A DNA stretch of 64,000 bases. Origin: Ostrea edulis. Lineage: Eukaryota. The notes under the pieces were generated by a model. The model saw nothing but the letters and a program-made list of their open reading frames with translations, did no database searches and was not told the origin of the DNA. Positions 48,745 to 60,800 of this stretch are shown piece by piece. Made by a program: the position numbers and the translations under genes. Location of the stretch: NCBI RefSeq assembly GCF_947568905.1, contig NC_079169.1, positions 1,984,001 through 2,048,000 of the forward strand, given 5' to 3'. Numbering within the stretch: the stretch's first letter is position 1; each line of letters opens with the position of its first letter.

Positions 48745-51715
48745 ATGGATATGTTGAACAAGCTTCGCAGTGCTGTAAGTAGTGCCCTGCCAGGAAACCC
48801 CTTGTCTAAAGACTTCGATGTTTCTAACCACATCGCCTCTGGAGGACCGGAGCTCTCTTGGAAGATCTACAATGCTGTTAAGAAAACTACAAAACAGGTG
48901 GAGTTTGATATGTGAATCAGAAAACAATCAAAACCCCTTGCATGTGTAGCTTAGTTTTTAGAGGTTGTAAATATTTACACTGCCTCTGATCTTTTTATAA
49001 TGTATTCCATATTAGCTACCTGCTCAATGAAATCCATATTCCCAACCTTATAACACACTTGAATACGGGTCCTACAAAAAAGAGAACTCTGAAGAATCGT
49101 GAAGAACTCTCAGACTGGCTATTTTTAATTATTACAAGTGTTTAAACTGTTTTACTACATTGGCTATTGACACCTTTTAATCAAGCTAATGAATTTTAAT
49201 CCATCTATAACCCATTTTATGTAAGTGTATTGGATGCTCTCCCTTCGCCGCTCATTAGAAATCTGTTATCGAGATCCCAATCAATTCATTTAAGGAATTG
49301 AAAGTTCCATGATATAAATTCTTATTTTCTAAAAGTATTTGTCAAATTTGTTTATTTTCTATAAATGAAAAAGTTATCATCGTGACAAAATTGTGATGTT
49401 CGACATCCCTATTTTAAATATGAATACAAATGAGATATTGAAGAGCGGCAAAGGGAGAGCATATATCTTGTAAATTGAATAAAATGGGTGATGGATGGGT
49501 ATTTGCTAGTTTAATTATTACTTACACTTTCATCAATAATCAATGTAGTCAAACAGTACACATTTGTAACAAGTAAAAATTTGTTTTGGACAGTTTTAAG
49601 GAAACTTTTATTCAATCCTGAACAAAAAATGCTGTAAAGAGGTATTCTACATTGTCATAATGGCTGACTTCCTTTTAAAACATGCATGAAAATAGAAATA
49701 TCAGCAATATATGTCTATTTCTTTACAAAATCATCACCTAGCTGAGTAGCTCAGAAGGTTAATTAGCTCGTCGACTGCTGAACTGTAGATCGCATGTTTG
49801 AGTCCAGCAGGTGTTTTAAATTTTTCTCAGATTGCTTTCAACTGAAACTGTATTTTTTCACTAAATGAAGTAAATTTGAAAGCTTTCAATTTCAAAATTT
49901 TGTTGTACAGATCCTCCACTTTTCATCTACGTCAAATTTCTCTGGTGTAGCACACCTCCTTAATGCATTTAGTTTTTCTTACACGCATGCAGTTCATAGG
50001 AAGATGATTTTAAAAAAATTGCCAATTTTGGGCAGTTTTTGTCACGCCCCTAAGGCCCCAGGGGTGCAGGAATCCTGAAATTTACAATTTTTATGTCCCC
50101 CTTGTTCCAAATATGCTTCATACCAATTTTGAAAAGAATTGGAATGATAGTTATCAAGAAGTTGAAAAATTTCTCTAGTGTAGCATACCTCCTAACGTGG
50201 TTTGTCTATCAACCATTTTGTATGGATGAATTATATTACAGGAGGCAGCAGTTTTTGTGTTTGAAAAGAAACTCTTAGAAAAATACTCAAAGAGAGACCG
50301 AGAGTTAGTGTTAGAGTCACTGAAGAAGGGTGTATCTCAGCTGACGAGATTACGACATCCAAAGATTCTGTCGGTGCTTCAACCTCTAGAGGAGTCAAGG
50401 TAAAAGCAATAGTCATCTTTTATAGGAGAGAGAGATTTTAGATTCTTTGTATAAATTGAGTTAGTGCTTGTGAGTTATTTATGCACATGATGACTTTTGA
50501 TTCAGAGAGGCTTTAGCTTTTGCCACAGAGCCAGTTTTTGCCAGTCTGGCGAATGTTCTGGGAGATTACAGAAATGTACCCTCTCCTGTACCCTCAGAAC
50601 TGACAGAGTTCAAGTTATTTGAAGTGGAAATCAAGCATGGTGTCCTACAAGTATGTGAAGCATAAACTGAGATAATAGATGGGATTAGAAAAGGGGGATG
50701 AAAATGAAACCTTTTTTCCTGTCAAAAGTTGGAAGTCTATGGAATTGATATTGAATTTTCATTTGAGTATTAAAATTCTGTGAGAAACATCTTACCTGTA
50801 AAAATATATCAGATTATGCCAATTTGAGAATTAATAGATGCAAATGCATTTAAATTTGTAATTTAAGTACTAAAATTTTCAGATATGATGAGAATGTGCA
50901 CCTAATTTCTAAAAAAAAAAAAAAAAAAAAAATCGAATGCATTAACTGTTGGATATCTGATCATTTCAGGTGACAGAGGGGTTGGGATTTCTTCACAAAG
51001 ATGCCAAAATGATGCACAACGGCGTGTGTCCCTCCAGTATTATCATAAACAAGTATGGGACGTGGAAGCTGGCTGGTTTTGATTTCTGTATAACCAATGT
51101 CAACCAAGAAAACCAGAGTGTAAGACTCAAAGACTTAAAGGCCACATCGCATGTTGCTAAACTTAATTTTTTCAGGAAAATGAATTTTTTTCATGCTTAA
51201 AACTACTTTAAATGTGTTTTAGATGAAATGTTCTGCGTAGTTTTCGAGTTTGAAATTGATGAAATTCAAATCTTGTGATATGCGTATTTCCTTTCGATAT
51301 TTTACGCACCATCATGTGTGACGTCATATTTGACCTCGAGCGAGAAGGTTTGAAAACAATTGTTAGTCATTTCATAAACAGGTTAGATTGATAATCGACA
51401 AAAACGCCAATTGTTACATTAATGGCATGTAAATAACATTGCTTGAGGATGTTTCGTGTCTTTTAAGGGTGTACTGTCTGTAGAAAGGATTTAGACTGAG
51501 TTTTTTAAATTTTTCGAAGGAAGGTGTGAGGGAAAAGAAGTGGATAATTTTTTGTTGGTGCAAGGACTTTGCCTTAAAAGAAAACATTCGCCTTTGTCCA
51601 TGTACTTTTTAGCTCTCCGAGTGGAATGCTCAAGTGAGCTTTCTGATCAAAGTTTGTCCGTTGTCTGTTGGTGTTGTCGGCGTAATTTTTTATTTTTTTT
51701 TACATTTTCATCTTG

Positions 51716-51801
<86 letters not shown>

Positions 51802-54800
51802 ACCGTGCCCCCTTTGAAGGGGAGATAATCACAAAAATGCAAAAATAGGGTGAGGTCATTTAAAAGTCTTCTTCTAAAGAACCACAAGGTCAGAAAAGAT
51901 GAAGTTTACATGAAAGCTTTCTGACAAAGTGATAATTAAAATTTGTTAAAATCATGACCCTCGGGGATATTGGGGTGACAGTAGTTATACATGCGAATTT
52001 ATAAAGAAAATCTTGTAATATCTTCTTGTCAAGAACCACTTGGCTAGAAGAGTGGAGATTTACCTGAAAGCTTCCTGATATAGAGCAGATTCCATATTGT
52101 TCAGATCATGACACCCAGGGGTAAGGTGGGGTCACCTTGGGGGATCAAAGTTTTGCTTGCAGATATATATAAGAAAATCTTCTCCAGAATCACTGAGCCA
52201 ATTATAATCAAACTTGATACAAATCGTCAGGGACTATTTAAGTATATGATGAATTACCATCTTTTACTAGGGGAAATGTAATAAATGTACAGTATTTATA
52301 CACTGTTTGTGAATGTGTGTAATTTTGTTTCTATCAGACCCTGTTTCCTTGTCGTGAGTGGGACCCAGACCATCCACCAGTAACCCAGCCTGACCTAGAT
52401 TACATGGCCCCGGAGTACTGCCTGACTCTGAGCTGTAGTGAGGCCAGTGACATGTTCTCTCTGGGGGTGTTAATCTACTGCATCTACAACCGCGGCAAAC
52501 CGCTGTACGAGTGTCACAGTCAGCTGTCTCAGTTCAAAAAGTTCACAGAGGAGGTTGTTATTTATTAGCCAAAGACTTCACTTAAAGACACTGGCTACAA
52601 ACAAATTTTTTTACCTCCCTTTGAAGAGTTCTAATATTTACAGTTTTTGACAAATGTAGTAATTAGGGCTATACGGACCGTGGATATCGGCCTGGATAGC
52701 TCAGTGGTTAGAGCACCTGACTAGTAATGCAGGGGTCCCTGGTTCGATTCCCGGTCCAGCTAAAGATTTTCTCCTCTCTCTTATACTACACAAAATTGGG
52801 GGATGTTTGGAAGTTTCTTTGATGTAGAGTATTTATAACATGATGTACCTAGAGCAACATTTTAATCAATGTGTGAAAAGATTCAAGCGATTACAGAGTG
52901 TCTCGGTGAATGCTTTGAAAACAAATACCCAGTGAACACTGATAATTTGATCAACTTAATACAGCTGTTAATGTTGCTATTTTCACACGTTTTCCATATC
53001 TATTCACGTTTTGTACAGAAATATTTGAAAACAGAGATGTTTGGTTTGTTTGTAGCAAGCGTCCTTAAAAGAAAATTGATAGAATTGAATTCACAGTTGT
53101 GTATACATATGAACATATATCTAAAATTTATGACGCCAAAAAAAAAATCCATTTGATATTTTAAGAAATGACTTTACTAGGACAGAAATTTATCTACTTA
53201 ATGGTATAAAATAAATGGGAAAATTATTTGGTGTGTATTGAAACATGAATGTGTGAGATTTTTATTTTCTAACTAATGACTGAGTACATTAATTTTAGCT
53301 GAGGAAATTCAGATCATCTCTATTGGGGAGTGTTCCGGATAGTCTCCAGCAATATGTGAAACTACTCCTAAACACCGAGCCTACCGTTAGACCAGATCCC
53401 AGTCAGCTAATGAAGGTAATCAAACAGGGATCTACCAATAAAACTCTACTGTTAGACCAGATCCCAGTCAGCTAATGAAGGTAATCAAACAGGGATCTAC
53501 CAATAAAACTCTACCGTTAGACCAGATCCCAGTCAGCTAATGAAGGTAATCAAACAGGGATCTACCAATAAAACTCTACCGTTAGACCAGATCCCAGTCA
53601 GCTAATGAAGGTAATCAAACAGGGATCTGCCAATAAAACTCTACTGTTAGACCAGACCCCAGTCAGCTAATGAAGGTAATCAAACAGGGATCTACCAATA
53701 AAACTCTACCGTTAGACCAGATCCCAGTCAGCTAATGAAGGTAATCAAACAGGGATCTACCAATAAAGCTCTACTGTTAGACCAGACCCCAGTCAGTTAA
53801 TGAAGGTAATCAAACAGGGATCTACCAATAAAACTCTACCGTTAGACCAGACCCCAGTCAGCTAATGAAGGTAATCAAACAGGGATATACCAATAAAACT
53901 CTACTGTTAGACCAGACCCCAGTCAGTTAATGAAGGTAAACATCAATAGTTAGGGATCTACCAATAAAACTCTACCGTTAGACCAGATCCCAGTCAGCTG
54001 ATGAAGGTAGCATCAATAGTTAGGGATCTACCAATAAAACTCTACTGTTAGACTAGATCCCAGTCAGTTAATGAAGGTAAACATCAATAGTTAGGGATCT
54101 ACCAATAAAACTCTACCGTTAGACCAGACCCCAGTCAGCTAATGAAGGTAATCAAACAGGGATATACCAATAAAACTCTACTGTTAGACCAGACCCCAGT
54201 CAGTTAATGAAGGTAAACATCAATAGTTAGGGATCTACCAATAAAACTCTACCGTTAGACCAGATCCCAGTCAGCTGATGAAGGTAACATCAATAGTTAG
54301 GGATCTACCAATAAAACTCTACTGTTAGACCAGATCCCAGTCAGTTAATGAAGGTAAACATCAATAGTTAGGGATCTACCAATAAAACTCTACCGTTAGA
54401 CCAGACCCCAGTCAGCTAATGAAGGTAATCAAACAGGGATATACCAATAAAACTCTACTGTTAGACCAGACCCCAGTCAGTTAATGAAGGTAAACATCAA
54501 TAGTTAGGGATCTACCAATAAAACTCTACCGTTAGACCAGATCCCAGTCAGCTGATGAAGGTAACATCAATAGTTAGGGATCTACCAATAAAACTCTACT
54601 GTTGGACCAGATCCCAGTCAGTTAATGAAGGTAAACATCAATAGTTAGGGATCTACCAATAAAACTCTACCGTTAGACCAGACCCCAGTCAGCTAATGAA
54701 GGTAAACATCAATAGTTAGGGATCAACTTCTCTACTGTTAGACCAGATCCCAGTCAGCTGATGAAGGTAACATCAATAGTTAGGGATCTACCAATCAACA

Positions 54801-57800
54801 CACACGTTTCTGACATCTCATCTGTTCAATGCAGTATTCTCAAGTGATGTTTAGGGCAGTGTTCTTCCTATATACATACATTGTCTACAAATGATATATA
54901 TATAGACACTCATGTATATTCCATTTCAAATTGATCACATTCCGTACTAGACAATTTCATGGGCAATACCCGTAAGAAATATATCAGCACAGTGCGTAAG
55001 GAATGCTTGCAGTGCTACTTATATTTGTTATATTATGAATGAACTAGCATTGGTTTAACTGCTTTTCAGGTTGATTTCTTTGAAGATGTTGGAACTGTGA
55101 CTCTGCAATTTATGGACACATTATTTCAACGAGACAACTTGCAGAAATCAGAGTTCTTCAGGGGACTCCCCAAAATAATGAAAAACCTGCCAAAGGTGTG
55201 TGCTTTCTTTGTATTTTCTGGATTTGTGTTAGGTAACCAGATCTGTTCTAGAATTGTCCAGATCTATTGGTCACAATATGTTAATTTCACAATCTATTAT
55301 TATTTTAGAAAAGTTATGAGTTTTAGGAATATTGTTTATATCTACAAAGTCACAATGTTCTTTATTAACCTTATGGCTTCTTTGGAGTGAATATGTAATC
55401 TTGGTGAGAAGAATTGATGGGGAATATTTTGGGTTTCTAGCGAGTGAACCAGCAGCGGATATTACCACCCCTGGTGAAGGAGAGCGTGAATGCCGACATG
55501 GTTCCCTTCATTCTCCCGAGCCTCCTGCTGCTGGCCGACCAGGCATCAGACACAGAGTACAGGAATGTCATATTCCCGGGACTCGTTCCTCTCCTCAAGA
55601 TTAGGGATCCCATACAGGTCAGAATGGAAATCCTCTATAAACAACTTTTGTGAATATCAGGTTTATTAAAGAAATGAATAATGTAATATCCAATATATCA
55701 AGTATTCTCTTGATCATCAATTGAATTTGTCTCCAGAATCACTATTTCTGTTGAAATAACCTATTCCTGAAGGCAAGATTTAATTGCAAGGGTGATAATT
55801 TGCTATATGAATGAAGATATTGATAACCATATTTCTATGCATTACCTTTCGTACCAGGTATCTTTGATCTTTATGCGAAACATGAAGTTACTGCTGAAGA
55901 GGACTCCTGCAAGTGAAATAACCAATCACATTTTACCCATGATTCACCAGTCACTGGAGGCAGACAACTCTCAGCTGCAGGTGCTGATCTACAGTCTGTA
56001 ACTTTAAATGAAACTTTTAGTGAAACGGTTAAAGAATGTTTGTTTAGGAAATAGTCAATCTATGGTCACCCTTGGTATGAACTATTTTTCCTTCGGGTGA
56101 CCATTGCGTTTATAGTAACAACATATCATATCTTTGTTTCTAGAAATTTATTTGATATGACAAACCTTCCATATTGGACACTGGGGACTGACAATTTTTA
56201 TACCCCCCGCAACAAGTTGTGGGGAGGGGGGTATACTGGAATCGGGTTGTCCGTCCGTCTGTAGACGCAATGGTTTCCGGGCTCTAAAGCATTATCCTTT
56301 CCACCTACCGTCACCATATCATATATATGGACTACCCATGGGATGAAGATGTTCCCTATCGATTTTGGGGTCAAAAGGTCAAAGGTCAAGAGCACTGGAC
56401 ATCGAAGTAACAATATGGTTTCCGGGAGCTCTAAAGCATTATCCTTTCCACCTACCATCACCATATCATTCATATGGACTACCCATGGGATGAAGATGTT
56501 CCCTATCGATTTTGGGGTCAAAAGGTCAAAGGTCAAGCGCACTGGACATCGAAGTAGCAATATGGTTTCCGGGCTCTAAAGCATTATCCTTTCCACCTAC
56601 CGTCACCATATCATACATATGGACTACCCATGGGATGAAGATGTTCCCTATCGATTTTGGGGTCAAAAGGTCAAAGGTCAAGCGCACTGGACATCGAAGT
56701 AGCAATATGGTTTCCGGGCTCTAAAGCGTTATCCTTTCCACCTACAGTTACCATATCATACATATGGACTACCCATGGGATGAAGATGTTCCCTATCGAT
56801 TTTGGGGTCAAAAGGTCAAAGGTCACGTGCACTGGACATCGAAGTAGCAATATGGTTCGGTTTGTCATGCCTTTTGTTTTTTACACTCAGAAAAGAGGTA
56901 GTTTATACCTATTACCAACACCCTTTCGGAGATTGGGGTAAGCGGGGGGTATTCTTAGTGAGCATTGCTCACAGTACCTCTTGTTTTTACAGCAAACAAA
57001 TGACTGTGGATTATTAATACAACAATACTGACATGATTTTAAAAATCGCAAAAACCCTAACACCAGGGTGACCCAGAACTAAACAGCAAAATCTAACATA
57101 TACTTTCAATTTGATTTGGAAATTGAACTTTACAGAGATTAACAAAATCACATGAATTTTTTTTATTAAAAGATGGATTGATATTTGGTATTTCTTTTGT
57201 ATCTATTCTTTGGCTGGATAATGGGGATGCTAGTCTTGAATGTCAATACTGTCAAATATTTAAGTAAATACTACACATATATTTCTGTGGGAGACTGTAC
57301 AGCAACAAAATGTAGTATATAGCACCTAATGTTTGTCGGACTGATAGACTTTTCTGTTTGACCAGGACATGTGTTTGGATATAGTACCAACATTTGCCGG
57401 ACTGATAGACTTTTCTGCTCTGAAGAAGTCCATTCTTCCACGAATAAAGAAGATCTGCCTCTCCACAAACACTTTGTCAGTAAGTCTTCATTATTTAAGG
57501 GACTACTTGTAGTGTATTCTTCTGTACATGTAGAACATTCTCGTTAAACCGCCAAATTTTGTAATTTTTCAAAATGTGATCATAGACACGTATTTCTTGG
57601 GTCTCTTATCATTCCGACTTTTACTGAGGTCAGTTCAGTTTCCATTTACACAGAGGAACAGATAAGCACATACATGTAGGTGTTTCATCTGAAATTCAAA
57701 GCGCTTGCTTTTACGAGTTATTGAAAAAAATATCTCACAAACAGAAAACAAAGCTAATTCGTATGAAACAGTTAATTTGTTTAAGCTTTTTAGAATGACT

Positions 57801-60800
57801 TGAACTACTAGACCTACTGCTGTTTGACATTGTACTGATGATTTAGGGTGACGACTAATTAACTGCTTCACTGATCACACACCTTGGGCATTGCATTGAG
57901 GCATTTGACATCTTGATATGGGATGGTATGCAACATTGGCTTTATAACAAGAGGCTTATATAGCTAAAGAAAAATGTTCTGTCAGACGAAACCTGGAAGA
58001 ACAGCTTTAATGATGATGCATCAAGTGGCGATAATTTGGGAATAAAATGTACCATGTACATGTACACACACAAAATTTATTTTAATATTTACTGTGTTAA
58101 TATTCCCCCCCCCCCCCTCCCATTCAATACAACATATTCTGTCTCTGTGCCACAGTTGACTGAACATCAGCATCCAGGAATTTCAATGTCTGTCCATCTT
58201 CATCAGTTGTTAGAGAGAAAATAATTGGTGGTGATTTATGACTTCTTTTAAAATTCAGTTGATGATGGGCTTCAGTAATATATATCCAAGGGATTGTTGA
58301 TTGATTGTATATTGTTTAACGTAAATGCAAGGGAGAGTGGGTAATATCAATGATCATGGCAAGCAATGTGTTTCACTTTTAAAGTGGTTATATATCAAAG
58401 AATCAAATAACTGATGAGGTGTACATACAATTGTCTTTTGAATTGCTTATTGTGTTGTAGTTGTATATACAATTGTCATTTGAATTGCATATTGTGTTGT
58501 AGATGTACATATAATTGTCATTTGAATTGCGTATTGTGTTGTAGATGTACATATAATTGTCATTTGAATTGCGTATTGTGTTGTAGATGTACATATAATT
58601 GTCATTTGAATTGCGTATTGTGTTGTAGATGTACATATAATTGTCATTTGAATTGCGTATTGTTTGGTAGTTGTATGTACAATTGTCATTTGAATTGCGT
58701 ATTGTTTGGTAGTTGATATACAATTGTCATTTGAATTGTATATTGTTGGGTAGTTGTATATACAATTTTGTCATTTGAATTGCGTATTGTTTGGTAGTTG
58801 TATATACAATTGTCATTTGAATTGCGTATTGTTTGGTAGTTGTATATACAATTGTCATTTGAATTGCGTATTGTTTGTTAGGTGAGAATCAACTGCCTGC
58901 TGTGTATTGGTAAGCTGTTGGAGTACATGGATAAATGGTCTGTGCTGGACGATGTACTCCCTCTCCTTCCTCAAATCCCCTCACGTGAGCCGGCTGTGCT
59001 GATGAGCATCCTAGGTAAGGGGAAACGATCACCGATTATAGATGAATACTCAATGATAAACAGAAAGAAGTAAAAAATTAAATTACTTCAACAGTTTATG
59101 TTGAATGGTAGTAAATCAGGTTATGTTGTTCAAAGATCTCATTATCATGACCATTGGGATTAAGTATTCTGATCAAATTGCAAATGAAAATGTTTTGTTT
59201 CATTTAAACTTTACACAAACAATCTTTTTCTTAGGTATTTACCAAGTGACTATGTCCCATGCCAAACTTGGAATCACAAAAGACATGCTGGCTACTAAAG
59301 TTTTACCATTTCTCATTCCACTGAGTATTGACAGTAATCTGAATTTATCACAGGTTAGTAAAAGAATTGACATACTGACAGTAATCTGAATTTATCACAG
59401 GTTAGTCAGAGTGACATACTGACAGTAATCTGAATTTATCATAGGTTAGAAAGAGAATTGACATACTGACAGTAATCTGAATTTATCACAGATTAGTAAG
59501 AGTGACATACTGACAGTAATCTGAATTTATCATAGGTTAGAAAGAGAATTGACATACTGACAGCAATCTGAATTTATCACAGGTTAGTAAGAGAATTGGC
59601 ATGTATCTGAGATTTTATTGTATGGAGTCTTCCTCACATTGGGAAACTGTTATCGATATTGAAAGAATCTGCACATTTTCAACTGCTCATAATGAGTGTC
59701 TGGACAGTGCTCACTGCTGAAACCTGTGTTTAGTCCTCATTTCTCGGCAGTGGTTGTATGTAGGAGGGTGTGGTGGTCACTGACTCTGACAATATTGATT
59801 TCTAACCAGGTACTTTGGCTTCCTCCCACACTAATGAATCCCTCATGCAAACCAATTGTGTAAAACCAGATAAAGATGCACTGTAAATGAGTTCTGTAAA
59901 TGAGATCTGTAAATGAGTTCTGTAAATGAGTTCTGCGAATGAGTTCTGTAAATGAGATCTGTAAATGAGTTCTGCGAATGTGTTCTGTAAATGAGTTCTG
60001 TAAATGTGTTCTGTAAATGAGTTCTGCGAATGTGTTCAGTAAATGAGTTCTTTAAACGAGTTCTGTGAATGAGTTCTGTAAATGTGTTCTGTAAATGAGT
60101 TCTGTGAATGTGTTCAGTAAATGAGTTATGTAAATGAGTTCTGCGAATGTGTTCAGTAAATGAGTTCAGTAAATGAGTTCTGTAAATGAGTTATGTAAAT
60201 GAGTTATGTAAATGAGATCTCGAGCTTCCATGGTTATCCCGGTAGTTACCATCTAAGCTGAAATAAGATTTATTTTTATCTTTATATATAGAGATACATT
60301 AAGATTTATTTTTATCTTTATATATAGAGATACATTTAGACAATTATATTTCCACAGTTCACCACCTATATAACAACCATCAAGGATATGATTAACAAGC
60401 TGGAGACAGAACACAACGCCAAGCTAGAACAACTCGACAAAATGAGACAGGAACAAAAGTAAGACAAGTTAATACAGAGGTCAGAGGTCAAAGAAAGAAC
60501 TCAGTTCTCAGTGCTGTGTTCAAAATCATAGCGGCTATCCTATGGGCGAGGTATGGTGGCTGATTTATGCCAGTTTACAATTTGTCATCTTTTCATTACT
60601 TTGAGGCGAAAAGTAGCTAATATTATCATTTTGTTGTCTTTTCATTATTTCAGGATGAAAGGTCGCTAATTATCGTTTTGTCTTTTCACCCTGAAATAAC
60701 TAAAAGACGATAAATTGTAAAATTGCACAAATCATCCACCATACCTAGCCCCTAGGCTAGCCGCTACAATCTTGAATGTAGTGCAGTATTCTAGTTCAAC

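Noticed and set aside
52689-52762. Functional tRNA-Thr(AGT)
   Set aside because: Acceptor, anticodon and T stems have mismatches and it lies in a repeat; kept only as tRNA-like.
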